Assembly: GCF_006345805.1 (NCBI RefSeq)
Contig: NC_042997.1
Coordinates: 41,974,001-42,038,000, forward strand
Length of the DNA: 64,000 nt
From: Octopus sinensis
Lineage: Eukaryota
Direction: 5' to 3'
The position numbers were made by a program, and so were the translations under genes. Shown here in pieces: positions 10,957 through 24,577 of this stretch. Every line of letters begins with the position of its first letter. The first letter of the stretch is position 1. Below the pieces are notes generated by a model. The model was not told the DNA's origin. It searched no databases and saw nothing but the letters and a program-made list of their open reading frames with translations.

Positions 10957-12517
10957 ATATATATATATATAATGTTTGCGTATGTGCGTGGTGTCCCCTT
11001 CAGTTGCATTCAGAATTTGTCCAACCCAGAATATTTTGTAACAGCCAGCTTTTGTTATTTGAAAAGTGGCGAACACTTTTGGAGATTAATATCTTAACTT
11101 CTATAAGTAGCACATAAAACACATTTTTAGCTTCAGCTTAAAACGAATAGAAAGAAATAAAGAGTTGTTGTAAAAGAAATTCTTTTTTTGTTTCTTCTCT
11201 CTCTACTATTAATTTTTTAAGTGATATATATGTATATACATTCACCTTATTTTTGTAAGTCTGGTTTTAGATTTATTTAATATAGCCTATTGTTTTTACA
11301 AAAAAAAATGGAAAAAATTTTGGAGTCTAGACCTAGGAAGGCGATATTTGCACAGTACTTGCCTCTGGAGCAAATAACAATATCTTCTTTTATTCCATTG
11401 ACTTTACCATTAATGTAAAGAAATGTGTGTGGTGTGTGTGTATGCGTTTTGCATGTGAGTGTGTTTTAACCTAAATATTACTCGAGTAGTAAAAAAAATT
11501 AACCAATTATTTCGAGTTCTTTAGCTTCACGTCAGGCCTGTTAGAGCTGTCCTATTTTCAGATATTTTTCTTGTGACCAGTATATCTTTTCTCACACGCG
11601 TTGCATTCGAGCTTGTATTATGCACAGCATCGTTATTTTCTAAAGCGACAGGGAGAGATTTGAGGGGCAGTTGGCTGCTATTTCCATGCAGTGGAATATT
11701 GAAAATACTTCAGGAGTAGGAGTGGAAGACTATTCTTCCAAAGCAATCTTCTATTGATTTCTGTACACAGATTGTGTCATGGAAAGGAATTCTAGATAAT
11801 ACCTGAAGAAACTTTAACATATAATCTTAGTTGGTACTTTAGCGTAGCTAATTTACTTCCGTTCGTTGTAAGCATGAAAGCTCGTGGTGACAATCTCTAA
11901 TTGCTTTTATCATAGTGACATACATGGAAATACGTTAATTTATGCTATAAAGACTTTTAATGATGGTCAACAAATCGCGTGTAGACTTTAAAGAATACTC
12001 TCGTTCTCTCTCCGCCAATCTCTCTCACTTTTCCTTCAGACATGTATGGTGTTTCCTCAACAAGAAGACATGCTTATGCTGACGAGTCAAGTGGGGGCAG
12101 CAAACGTGAAAAAGCTGTCCATAGTTTATTAAGAAACTGACCTCTGAGTAAATAAAATGGCGGATTGCATAGAAAGTGAACCGCTAAATAAAATATGTAA
12201 AATAAAGAGATGGGATAAGGGTTGCGGAGATGAAGATATATGGAAATAACAGGTTGAAAGGATGGGAGACTGTGTGAAGTGAGAGTGTGTGTTGCTCACA
12301 GATACATCACTTGAATAAACAACTATGGCACCGCTAAGAAGCAGCTTTAGTATTGCAATGTTTATTTTCAGTTTAAAAAATAAATATTAAAAAAAGAGGA
12401 AATAGAAATTTAGAAATTTTTGTCTCGTCTTTTCTCTATTTCTCTGATATTCTCTTTCTCATCAGCATTTCGCTGATTCACAGCCGACGTTCGTCTTTAG
12501 AACGTTCATTAAACGAC

Positions 12518-12906
12518 TGTGGGGGCGCAATGGCCCAGTGGTTAGGGCAGCGGACTCGCGGTCATAGGATCGCGGTTTCGATTCCCAGACCGGGCGTTGT
12601 GAGTGTTTATTGAGCGAAAAAACACCTAAAACGCTCCACGAGGCTCCGGCAGGGAATGGTGGTGATCCCTGCTGTACTCTTTCACCACAACTTTCTCTCA
12701 CTCTTACTTCCTGTTTCTGTTGTACCTGTATTTCAAGGGGCCGGCCTTGTCACTCTCTGTGTCACGCTGAATATCCCCGAGAACTACGTTAAGGGTACAC
12801 GTGTCTGTGGAGTGCTCAGCCACTTACACGTTAATTTCACGAGCAGGCTGTTCCGTTGATTCGGATCAACCGGAACCCTCATCGTCGTAACCGACGGAGT
12901 GCTTCC
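12518..12906 (+). mobile_element. SINE family B, full length, tRNA-derived head
   Basis: A box (tggcccagtggtta) and B box (ggtttcgattcc). 11-bp TSD CATTAAACGAC at 12507-12517 and 12907-12917. Nearly identical to the 55528-55921 copy. Confidence 0.95.
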
Positions 12907-13248
12907 CATTAAACGACAGCGTTCATTAAGGCGTCAAGAAAATCATATAACATTAAATGACAACGAAGTTCAATGTTAGTTATTACACACACACACACAC
13001 ACACTATTTTTGTTAGTCTATGAGAAAACAATTTCAAGAATTTTTTCTCTAAAATATTACATCCAATGTTAGGAATATTTCATTGTATGCAATGGAAATG
13101 GTCGATTCTAATGATACCAAAGCTGAATGGAAATTGCGATCAAAACACCTATAATTGACAACTAAAGAACATGTCTTCAGCTTACAAGAAGTTCATTAAT
13201 TAACTATTACTTTGGAGACGTGGTAGCTGATTGTTGATTAGTTAAATC

Positions 13249-13839
13249 GGATCTTTTCCTTTTGAACGGCAGACGATTTCTAGTTAACTAAACACTTTAA
13301 AACTTCGTATACTGGTAGAATGTGTCAAAATAAAACATTTTTTTCTCTTGGCTTTCTTGAGAAAATTGTAATTTGTTTGTTTAACGTAGTTTAATTTTTC
13401 GAATTTTAACCAATCCTATGCTCTCTTTTGAGCTAAAATCATTTGCTGCGTCTAAAACTGAGACAACATCCTGTAACTAACCCTAATTTTTTTTTCTTAA
13501 TTGTTACGCGTGTAAAAAAAACTAAAGCAAAGGAATTAAATTAATTTAACAATTAAGAAAAAAAAATTAGGGTTAGGGGGGAGGTTTAGGATTAGTTACA
13601 GGATGTTGTCTCAGTTTTAGACGCAGCAAAAGATTTTAGTTGAATGGAGGTAATCGATTGGTTAAAATTGCCGAAATGCTCGGATTTTCAGACGAAATAT
13701 CTGACAAACTATAGGATTTTCTCAATAAAACCAAGAGAAAATGATGTTTTATAAACACATTCTACCAGTATACGAAGTTTAAAAGTGTTTAGTTACCTAG
13801 AAATTGTGTTGACATCTGCCGTTCAAAAGGAAAAGATCC
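13249..13839. mobile_element. Foldback MITE with long TIRs (GGATCTTTTCCTTTTGAACGGCAG) and inner CCCTAA/TTAGGG motifs
   Basis: The whole element is an imperfect palindrome. AGTTAAATC is repeated at 13240-13248 and 13842-13850 (9-bp TSD-like, offset by 2 nt). A near-identical copy lies at 44554-45166. GG..CC ends with a 9-bp TSD fit the Mutator or Merlin superfamilies. Confidence 0.9.
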
Positions 13840-14193
13840 TGAGTTAAATCAACAATCACATCTTCAGCATGATAATTGATTTAACTAATGAGCTTTTTCT
13901 AAACTTGTAGACTAAATTCTTATCAAGTCAGACATTTCATCTCGGAGCAGAGACAACTTTTCACATTAGTTTTCTCAGTCTCTTGCTCGTTATGTTTGCA
14001 GCTTGGTTTTTTTTTTACATTTACTGCTGCTGGGCTTGAGAAACGCGTAGCATGTCTGTACTAGCTTTGGTTTAAAACTTTTGGATCTCAAGTAGGATCA
14101 GACGACACTGTAAGTTTTTAGTCTGTGATTGACTGAATAGACAAGCTCCCTCGACCAGGTGCTCTCTGTTACGTCCCATTGTCACTTATACAA

Positions 14194-14780
14194 TGTAGCT
14201 GCCGTTATGTTCAATCGAGTTTCTTGTCTCACTTCTAAAAGACTCCCGGCGTGCAGTTTTGTTCTATCACGTTAACGCTGGCCTCTCTCACACAAGAACA
14301 TTCTTCTTCCACGTGCGCTAGCAGTAGAGACCAAACTCAATGTCGTTATCTCATGCTAACTAGAAACACTTCTATCAAGTCTCTTTCTATGTGTACAAAG
14401 TACAACTAATGTCTTCACATATTCGTTCATTTACTACTAACACACCAGAGACATCTGTATTAAACGCTACTCATCTCTATACATACCTCTATGCATAACA
14501 GTTTCATGTGTAACCCAGCGCTACAATAAAACCTTATAATCTTAAAGCGAGTTGTTACTGTATATCACCACACGGCCATCGAACACACGAACAAAGTGGG
14601 CGACGTCTGTCTGTCTGTCACACCCTGCTATTAACAATTACCGTCGCCGACATCGTCATCTTCAACTAACGACCATAGAGTCAACCCCATGCGAGAAAAA
14701 CTTTTGTTTAGCTAATAACCAACGGAAAACGTTAAGGTGGTGGTATCACCAAACTGCCACACTGGTCACCTCAGAACTTT
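14194..14780 (+). mobile_element. Putative LTR followed by a primer-binding-site-like sequence
   Basis: Starts TGTAGC (14194) and ends GCCACA (14761), forming an imperfect short inverted repeat. It has an internal AATAAA near 14525 and is followed immediately by CTGGTCACCTCAGAAC (TGG.. PBS-like). Confidence 0.45.
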
Positions 14781-16923
14781 TATATCCATATAGCAATTTT
14801 TCATTGCTAAAAATGTATGAACGTCGCAACTCTCCTTTCATTTAGATCTGTACATTCTACACCTTGTGTCAACATAAAACCCCCAATAAACTCGAGTAAA
14901 TTACTGGTTTGTATTGTACTTCAGTCAATGTTTCTTAGTCAATCTTATAAGTATACTAATAACGGGTTTTTGCTGTTTGGGCCTTGTAAAACAAGATTTT
15001 AAAGAGATTAAAAAGAAGAAGAAAAGAGTTTGAAACCAGAAAATGGCACGATTCTGACAAGAAAAAAAATCATGTCCAGATGGATTCTATACTGAATAAA
15101 GAAACTCTAGTAATGTACAAGAGAACACATGTTGAAAGCAGTGTTACATTGGTTCCTATATCAGATTAACAATAAAATCCGTATTGTATTACAGTATCAA
15201 ATTCTAAGCACAAAACTCGATTCACAATTGCTGTAACAACTGTTAATTGCACTTCTAAGTCTCCACACAAGAGGATCGTTACGAAATGAAAACAACCAAG
15301 ATAAAACAAACAACATAGAACAGTTACACAAACAACGGTAACGTTAACAGACTGGTAAAGTCCTTGTCTTTACACAACAACAAACAGGCTTGAGCTCTAC
15401 TGAAAAGAACAAATGTGACTGGCAATACTGGAGGATGGAACAATAAATCAAGTTACGATACTGAAATACTAACTTCCATTTGGAATGTGAAAATACTGGA
15501 AGGCATTATTTATCCAACACTTCTACACCAGTGCATTATACATCGATATACAACGTTTCCAAATTATATTGTATTGGAAAGATGGATTTTGATCGGAATT
15601 TTTTTACCCCGAATGTTCAGTTGTTCGATCAACTAAACTACCAGGTTCATTGAAATTGACTGTAAGTGACAGTATATATGCCGCTGGAAAGTGTAACCTT
15701 AATGATAAGAGTGTTCTTTAAATTATAGGTGCAATCCATCCACCGGGCTTCTATACAGTTTCCTTCTACTCAATTTCACTCGAAAGGTTGGGTCGCCCCG
15801 GGGTTACAAAAAATTATACTTGCTCCAAATGCCGCCACATGGATCTCATGATTGCGAAGTGAATTTCTCAGCCATGCTGCATCTACATTTCAACAGACAC
15901 AAAAAAACGGGCATCCTCCATCCGATTGCGCTCAAATTTGATATGTAAATACCGACGGTATCAGGGCGTGTATAAGTCTTGAAATAATTACAAAAATGGA
16001 TTCCCAGTGAGAATGCAATCGATAAAGCCGTTTTTGTCCTGCTTTTCTTCCGTCAACCTGTACAGAACTGCACCTTCCATTTTTTGTTGTTTTTGTACTG
16101 CTTAAAGGCACGTTTCTTTCCTGCCAAGCTTACTGTTTAAACCATGTTTATGTTCTTCCAGTCAACAGCCTTATCATTACTGGTACTTTAAACTCTTCGG
16201 TTGCATATTTGTGTGAATAAAATCGTTTTTCTTTGGAATAGAGAAAAAGTCTATCTTTATTTCTTCTTTTGCTGGTGTCTCAAATTTAGGTTAAATCAAT
16301 GTTTCTCAAAGGGGAGGCCTATGGGACGGTCGGACAAGTTGTTTTGAGAAAATTTGGTTTAAATGTTTGACAACTCAGCACCGTCCATTGGACGGGGGCG
16401 TTTTGCCTGTAATACATACATTCTCATTCTTCATCTTCTCCTCTGTCTACCTCCCACGTTTTCTCCAAAAAATTGATTGTATTCAGAGTGATGTGCTTAA
16501 AATATCAAAGACAAGCTCTATGTCAGGACAGCGTCCCAACAACTTCATAAGGAGTTTTAGACTTTAAGAAGGAATGAAATCACAATAAATATTGTTCCCT
16601 CCTATGACCCTTTCATTCAATGTTTTTTTGTTGTTGTTGAAACTAACGCATATTTGAAAAACTGGATAATAATAAAGCTATACTGCAGTAATAAAAAAAT
16701 ATATTATAAACCTATCTAACATCACTGAAACAAAGATTTACTACAGAATCCAGGTGAAGTTTAATAAGACAATAAGACCCTGGTAGTAAGGTTTTTTCTT
16801 TTGATAAGACTATGAAGAATCTTGATCTAAAACTAAATTAACATGTATCTTATTCTATTATTCTTGTACGTGTTTCAGTCACTGGACTGCAGCCATGCTG
16901 GTGGTTATGGCTCTAAAGAGGTC

Positions 16924-17281
16924 CAGGGCTGGCCAACCTGAGGCCCGCGGACCACATGCGGCCCTCTTCATACTTTCTTGAAATGGGTTTATTTAAACAC
17001 ATTTTAAACATTTTATCAAAAATTAAAGATTGTAATGGAAATAAAAAAAAAAAAGATTCTACTGTTTTTGCAACGATAATATTTCATGTTGAATCAACGA
17101 TCATTCATTCATTAATGTAATATTAGCCCGATAAGCAAAATGCTTTCAATTCTTATTTTTTTACTGCCCACAATGGGCTACACACAGAGGAATGCTTTCA
17201 ATTCTGTTAGTATATAAACGTCCCTCAAAAACTTCCTGTGATTATAGTGGCCTGCAATGTAATTCGAGTTGACCAGGCCTG
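16924..17281. mobile_element. hAT-type MITE inserted in a decayed family-A SINE
   Basis: Ends CAGGGCTGGCCAAC / GTTGACCAGGCCTG with the subterminal ggcccgcgg..gcggccc typical of Charlie-like MITEs. No clean TSD was found. Confidence 0.7.
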
Positions 17282-18479
17282 GTTTAATCGATCAAAGCGA
17301 CCCCAGCACTTAAAAGATGATACTTATTCTATTGTCCTATTTTTGTCGAACTGCTACGTTACTGGGGTATAAACAAATTAATGCTAATTGTCAGGTGGTG
17401 AGACGCAAAGATGCACGCGTGTACACATACTCACGCACATATATTTGATTTCGCAGTTTTCATCTATCGTTTTCGATTACAGACCGTTAGCTGGTTTGGG
17501 GGCATTAGAAGGCACTTACTCAAAGAGACATGCAGTTAGATTGAACCAGAAACGCCGTGGTTACGCCTCTCCATCTTGCATAAAGCAATTAACAGTAAAG
17601 TTATGTATTTGGTGGTCTGTAAATATTTTCTCATTCATTTTTTGTGGATCATCTTTTGAATAAGATTGTCCATCACGGCCTTCAAATTTCAGCACAGCTA
17701 ACTGAATTGACATCATTTTATCGGTTCTGGATGGAGCAGCCGAAGTCAATCTTGGTAGGATTTGAACTCAGAGCGTAAAAAGATGCAATTAAATACTAAT
17801 AGCTATTTTGCCCGGTGCTCTATTGATTCTGCCATCAATCGCTCTTCATCTGACTTCATGTTGTTGTTTTGCTCCAGGTCAGCTCTGAACAAGTACATCT
17901 ATCTATAATTAAAGGCATTAAACTTGCGATTATCTAATTTTCATGCGGCGAATTGGCAGAGTCGTTAAAGCGTTGGATAAAGTGCTTCGTGGTGTTTGTT
18001 CTAATTCTCAGCGCTCTGGGTTCAAACGCCGCCGTGGTCAACTTTATTTTTCATCTATCGGGTGGGAGAGGAGTCAACAATAAATAGCTAAATAAATAAA
18101 ATACCAATCCAAGATGGTAGATTGGCGGAATTGTAAGAAAGTTAGAGCAGACGCCTTGTGGTATTTGTCTCACCTCTTTACATCTGGAGTTCAAATCTGG
18201 CCGGTGCCTACTTGGGTGATAGGTTTAATCTGTGAGCTGGTTGAACATTAGCGCCTGGCACTTTGGGTACCTTTAGCGGATTACACTTGCAAGCATGTGG
18301 GTTGGGCTTTCAGTCGAGGATTCTTTCCTCCTTCCCTTTCACAAGTCTCAGAAACCCTTTGAAGAGCTGAGAGTACTGCCGTCCAGCCTGATTAAAAACG
18401 AGTGAGAAAAAGACATTATGTATATAAAAACTACATTGTGTAGTGTAACCTGAATTTTAAAAAATAAAAAAAGATCGGG

Positions 18480-18660
18480 TGATAATTGACTGCCGTGGTG
18501 CAGCTTCGTGATGGCGTGGTCTAACCCGGACGACACTTTTATGGAGTCGACACTTTTAGGTTTGCTGTGTAACCTTATAGCCTTGGAGGGCCAGGGATGG
18601 GCAGAAAACCCAAGGGCTGCTCCGGGCGGGCGGCACACACTCAAGCAACGCAATTGGTTG
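18480..18660 (-). promoter_or_regulatory. GC-rich repeat-free island with CCAAT, GC-box and TATA in promoter order
   Basis: On the minus strand: CCAAT (18657-18653), CCGCCCGCCC (about 18633-18624), TATAAGG (18579-18573). Motif arrangement only, with no transcript evidence. Confidence 0.3.
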
Positions 18661-19828
18661 AGATTTGGTTCCTATGTTTAGCAGGCGGAGTGACCACATA
18701 AAAACTTCGTACTAATGTATTCACCTAATGATGTTTTTTTTTCTCACAGGCATAAAGAAATCCGAATTCTTTCGAAGAGGGAGGAACTGAGAAGACGGCC
18801 GAGGGGAAGAAGGAAGGAAGGAAGAAACGGTAGAGACTAATTCGATGGCAAATGATGATAGAAACAGATGCCTTAGAATCAGTTTGTGAAAGTCATCAGC
18901 AAGATTCTTTTTTTCCCCTGCCAATGAACGGTGGTGTCATTTGTAGAAATAAATGATAGTGTTAGTTTGATGAAAGCAGGAGTAAAGCTATCACTGAAAT
19001 GGATGTGTGTGAGGAGGGGAATGAGGAGGAAGGTAACGCAAGAGAATAGAGTCACTGTCGTTTAATATAAGTGAGAAGTTATAGCTATCAGTCGAACTGA
19101 CATCTAATTTGTAGCTCTTTAAAAATATAAGTCATGAAATTATTTTGTTCACAGTCGCTAACAGCTACTGAAAACAAAATCTAACGCATAGACAAAGGGA
19201 CCCTTTTAGATAGTCATTCCATCTATTTGAAACAGTAGCCAAATCCCCGTCAAATTACATTTTATCGTCTACAAGAAATATCTAGAGACTAATGTAAACC
19301 GAGAAGCATAATGTTTGAAAAACAGAAAAAAGAAAAAACTAAAATGGGATGGTCACGGCTGAAACGCTTCAAATCATAGGATTAATTACTCGATGAAGAC
19401 TATCCTCGATCTAAACAATAATAACAAGAAAATATGTCAAGCCAGTGCGAAACCCGCTAAAAGTAGGTACCAGATGCCAGGACACATTAAAGAATTAAAT
19501 AATGTAGTCTTTGATATATCGCATCCAAAGAAAAGAAAAAGGAAGATAGGCGGATACAGTTAGAACATCTTTGATAAAAAAATTTCTTCGGACCAGTGAC
19601 GGTTGTATTACTAAAAACTGTTTTACAGTTATCATAATTTAAGTTATGGAACTAATGCATTGCAAGTAAGAGATCGGACAATATAGTCGACTTACAAATG
19701 AATAAAGAAGTCTGAAACATCTTTGGTCATAAATCTGCTCAATTAGAGCTGATATAAGACAAAATAATAAGTGAACTATTGTTGATGCAGAAGACTAATC
19801 TTGAATCCCATAATTATAATATACATAA

Positions 19829-20207
19829 GCAGGAGTGGCTGTGTGGTAAGTTGCTTGCTAACCAACCACTTCTTGGGCAAGTGTCTTCTGCTATAGCCCA
19901 GGGCCGACCAATGCCTTGTGAGTGGATTTGGTAGACGGAAACTGAAAGAAGCCTGTCGTATATATGTATATATATGTATGTATGTGTGTGTATTTGTGTG
20001 TCTGTGTTTGTCCCCCTAGCATTGCCTGACAACCGATGCTGGTGTGTTTACGTCCCCGTCACTTAGCGGTTCGGCAAAAGAGACCGATAGAATAAGTACT
20101 GGGCTTACAAAGAATAAGTCTCGGGGTCGAGTTGCTCGACTAAAGGCGGTGCTCCAGCATGGCCGCAGTCAAATGACTGAAACAAGTAAAAGAGTAAAGA
20201 GCAAGAG
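19829..20207 (+). mobile_element. SINE family A with an internal deletion in the tRNA-like head
   Basis: Collinear with the 56957 copy but lacking about 30 nt that include the B box. Confidence 0.9.
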
Positions 20208-22310
20208 TGACCCACAAGTAACACATTAGATGATGAGAAATGGCGTATGGTATAATCATCCATAGTTATTCGATGCACGTTTGATACATGTTTGATCTTG
20301 AGACGGCAATAAATGTATCAATATATCTGTGATAAAAAGAAATGACAAATCTAGCGTCCTAGAATTTCTTTTGGCTACTAAGTTGTTTTACGGGGATAAT
20401 AAGAGTGTCAGGCATATGTGACAAAGCAAATTTTACAAGTAAATATCAGTAAACCCACCAGTATTTATTCGGCTAGACTAAAACTTTTCATATAATTTTT
20501 TTTTAGATCGTTATCTACTAAAATATGAAACCAAGAGAAAAACTTTAAATAAATTAACGGCTGGGAAATGTGTGGATAAGCTTTGAGCAATAACATTGAA
20601 CAAACGAAAATTCAAAGAATATTGCAAACTTTGGACTGCAGCGATCTTGTCCGTCATAGTGAGGTGCACTGATTTTCTAAAGAGAGGTTCTGAATAGATT
20701 TTAGAAATAAAAAAATACCGCTTTTGATTTTCTAGAAGCGAAAATATGAGCTGCTCGACGAAAGAGCAGTCTGGTGCTAAGAGCGGTGTACATTAGCCAG
20801 CATTTAGTTAATCTAACAGTTAATCGCCATCTCGATTTAAATTTGAGACTACAAGACACGATTAATTTCTGGCAATCATTATCTTTGTGAATATTTTTTC
20901 AGAACTAAGTCAGACTTAAGACTTACATCTAACGTTTCGAAACGATGAACAGATGTGAACAAACATTTTCATCCACGAAACAGCAGATATATATTAAAAG
21001 AAAAAATCTTTATTTAGATCCAAGATTAAAAGGTTGGCGAAATCAAAATAGATTCATAAGTCTATTTGAAGTAAACAATATTCGTGTGTGTGTGTGTGCG
21101 TTTAATCATAATATAACACAAATATGCTAAATTTGTTTATATGAACATATTTTGTACAAGAAATGAATAAAATGAAATAGAAGACTTGTGTAATATATTT
21201 AAACTCATGCATGAAAAATTTGGCGCATGGAATATAAAATGCTGATCATCTCTGTACTAAAAGTGTTACTCGTCATTGTGGTTAAAACCAGGTAATGCTA
21301 TCTTGTTGCAATAATTATGGTCTTACTCCATTTAAGAATAAACATACTTCTAAAGTTACAAGAAAATTAAATAAAAAACAAATTTCCCATTTGCATATTT
21401 ACAATGAATATATCTTATGAATAACAATAATACTGTTTAACTATTAATTATATACTAGTAGAACTCGGGAATATTTCACCGAATTAATGGTAAACTTATT
21501 GGGTTATTTCTGAAAACTATTTAAAAAACCCTGAAAGCGTGGCCTGTGTTGTGTCTATATAGAAAGATTGTCTCTCATCTGCTACTCATTGAAAAGTGAA
21601 TGAAATTGGAATACGATGATTACTTTATACACTTTATATACTTTATGTACAGTTTTACAGACTTAATACACAGCACTCATTAAATATTCACTCTTATTTT
21701 TCCATTTCCTCATAAACAAAAAACAAAAAAATATACCGTACATATAATTGGATATATTTGCCACGTAAATAAGCGTGAATATTTCACGGAATTGCACTTA
21801 TACGGATGCGTTAAGTGATAGGTGATATAAAAACTTGGTTAAAAAACAACAACAACACTTTTCACTATTCAATCACCACCGCCACATCCAATCCACATCA
21901 TCCTCTCTTCCCCCCCCCCTCTCTGCCCTTTTTTAAACCTGACCATCAAAACATCACCCTTCTGCTAAAATTATATTTTTAACTCCTCCTCAACATCATC
22001 ACTACCTTCAACTAACTTTTTAACCACATAATAAATATTACGTTACTCCTACCCCACGCCATGGACGTTTCTCTCTCCCTCTTCGCCTTATCCTCTTTTT
22101 CTCCCTCCTTTTTCTTTCTGTCTTTCCCTTCAACTAATCACGTGAAAGCGTTGTAATTAATATTCCTCTACTTTATGAATACAGAATAATGGTCGATGTT
22201 ACCGTTGCTTAGTCCCAGATTAGCCTTGATCAAGTGAACCTTTTACTAAAAGATATTTCAAATGAGTACATCTTGTTTTCGAAGGTTATCCTGGGGTATA
22301 TTATTTAATG

Positions 22311-22452
22311 GGTACCACTTTAGCATGTGGTCGACTATAGTATCCGTAAGCTACGATGTGAACTAACTTGAAATTGAGTTAGGGTTAGGATTAGGGTGAA
22401 AATTCTCGTCAAACTGTAAATGGCCAGATAGACAGCATGCTAAAGTGGCACC
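22311..22452. mobile_element. Small MITE with 17-bp TIRs and internal TTAGGG-like repeats
   Basis: GGTACCACTTTAGCATG / CATGCTAAAGTGGCACC (one mismatch). Flanked by ATTTAATG / GTTTAATG, an 8-bp TSD-like repeat. Confidence 0.6.
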
Positions 22453-22530
22453 GTTTAATGTATTCTTCATTTATTGTTTTTAGATACCAAGGTGGGATTT
22501 GAAGTAGGTTTCATTATATCTATAAAATAT

Positions 22531-22730
22531 GGCGGCGAGCTGGCAGAAACGCTAGCACGCAGGGTGAAATGTTTAGCGGCATTTCGTCTCTTTTTACGTT
22601 CTGAGTTCAAATTCCGCCGACATCGACTTTCGGGGTCGTTAAATTAAGTACCAGTTGCATACTGGGGTCGATGTAATCGACTGGCCCCCTCCCTCAAATT
22701 TTCGGGCCTTGTGCCTAGAGTAGAAAAAAA
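22531..22730 (+). mobile_element. SINE family D monomer with tail type 2
   Basis: Head ggcggcgagctggcagaaacg, B box gagttcaaattcc, central ttcggggtcg..taagtaccagtt and tail gggccttgtgcctagagtagaaaaa. Similar copies lie at 28530-28665 (+), 29575-29783 (-) and 50285-50690 (+). Confidence 0.85.
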
Positions 22731-23294
22731 AGTATATCTATAATATACAGAAGCTCTCGCGATAACTCGAAAGAAAACTGGTCTTTTTGGCAGATGGAAT
22801 GAAAAGCTGAAATGGTCCATGTAGATATTAGATGGGATTTTATTGTGTTGAACTCGGGGTATTATAAGTTGTTGTTCTTGTTTTGATGGTGTTTAGTCCT
22901 CACTCTGGTGTAATCCAATTGTTCTATAGTGTAAGATGCTTCAGCAGTGACTTTCTCGTCGTAGGAGACAGTGGAAATTTCTTCATGTAATATAAAGGAC
23001 TTACTGTAATATTTTAAAAATTTGAGATTACTTCAACTCACTACTCATGGGCATAATACTTTATAAGGAAAAATAAACAATGAGAATTAAGATTTAAAAT
23101 AAAGCTATAGTCATATAAATGAATGATGGCATATTTACATACATACGCAAACACACAACCACCCCAAACATATATAAAAAATATATATACATATATGTAT
23201 AAATGTGTGAATATGAATGTGTATGTACATATGTGCGTATTGAAGCGCTGAAATCGACAAGTTTTTTTCATTCTCTTTCTGTTTATTTTCTATT

Positions 23295-23421
23295 ATTCCT
23301 GTCTATTGAAGAGCGGAGGCTCGAAACGTAAAAGACTTTTTCTATTCCTGAGCGTTATACTAATACATCTGTTTGTTTTGTACACCACCTGTCTTCGTCT
23401 TTTGTTTTTTTCGTAAACTCT

Positions 23422-23426
<5 letters not shown>
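23295..23426 (+). mobile_element. Terminal fragment of a Penelope-like repeat ending at (TA)n
   Basis: Homologous to 60456-60590 (-). Contains GAGC-ggag-GCTC-GAAACGT and ends gtaaactctccc(TA)n. Confidence 0.55.
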
Positions 23427-23512
<86 letters not shown>

Positions 23513-23574
23513 TCACTGTGGTGACATAGAGAGATAGATATCACTGGTAACAATGCAATTCCTCACATAGTGGC

Positions 23575-23790
23575 TTTCGCATAATGCCACCCCGCGGGCT
23601 AGACGGGCAGGCCAACGTTTCTCCTGAACGGAACGCCAGTCCATAGCAGGGTTACCCGCTTACGGCTGAGTGGACTGGATTAACGTAAAATAAAGTGATT
23701 TGCTCAAGAACACAACACACAGCCGTGTCCGGAAATCGAAATCACGACCGCAAGAGTAATACCTTAACCACTAGGCTACACACCTTCATA
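23575..23790 (-). mobile_element. SINE family F (family-C head plus V-domain-like segment)
   Basis: The minus strand reads a tRNA-like head, then gtgttcttgagcaaatcactttattttacgtt..ccagtccactcagc (shared with family C), then gggtaaccctgctatggactggcgttccgttcagg, which resembles the V-SINE central domain. Confidence 0.65.
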
Positions 23791-24577
23791 CACAGAAAAA
23801 TCTACATTCATAAAGTAAATAAACAAAACACGAAAGCTTGTTTATAAGATAAAAACACTATATAGTGTTTTGCTTTATTTTCTACATGTACTCTGTGACA
23901 TACAGAGCCAACTGTGGAGCCATGCCACATGATACGAAGACAATAACACGAACAGGAATACACATGGAGTTCTAAATACTAGATATTTGTCATGCAGTTC
24001 ATATATTAAATTGCATATTATATATATATATATGTATATATATATGCAAATTCATACATACAATCACACACACATGTATAAACATTAATGTGTGTGTGTG
24101 TGTGAAACAAGCGCGGGCGCACATACGCGGTGGTGCACCAACAGAAATGTTTACATTGAATGACAGTTTGTATAAAGCATAGAATAAACACAGTGCAAAA
24201 TACGCCAAGAGAGAACAACGTCTGAAATATGTCATTATTTCGAAATGGCACCATTACCTATCAAATGAACATACACGAACGTTCGGATTTATACATATAT
24301 AAATATTTATGTTCCTCTGAACATTATCACATATACAGACACGCACGGACATATACGTATTTAGCTATAGGCCCGTGAGAGTGTGTTTTCATTAATGTGA
24401 ATTCTTAGATTAGACACTAAGTATTCTAAATATGTCTGATTGACTATCATTAACTATTTTAGCGTCATTGAAGATTCCATCTTTGCATTTTCTGTTGATA
24501 CGCTGCCAACGATATCACGACATATACAATCAGCGAGAAATCTTATTTGTATATGAATACACTCTCAGTTAGAATGC

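Noticed and set aside
12070-12115. CTGACGA-GTC..GGC-AGCAAACGT, and similar hammerhead-like strings near 25985-26015 and 38612
   Set aside because: The GAAA half or the stems are broken, so they are too degenerate to distinguish from chance or ancient relics.
12518-12600. tRNA-like sequence with A and B boxes (also 55535, 58310-58385 and 37450-37520)
   Set aside because: These are SINE heads: no complete cloverleaf, continuous with SINE bodies and flanked by TSDs.
21455-22170. Possible old Helitron starting at CTAG (21455)
   Set aside because: The hairpin and 5' TC terminus are too degraded to support a call.
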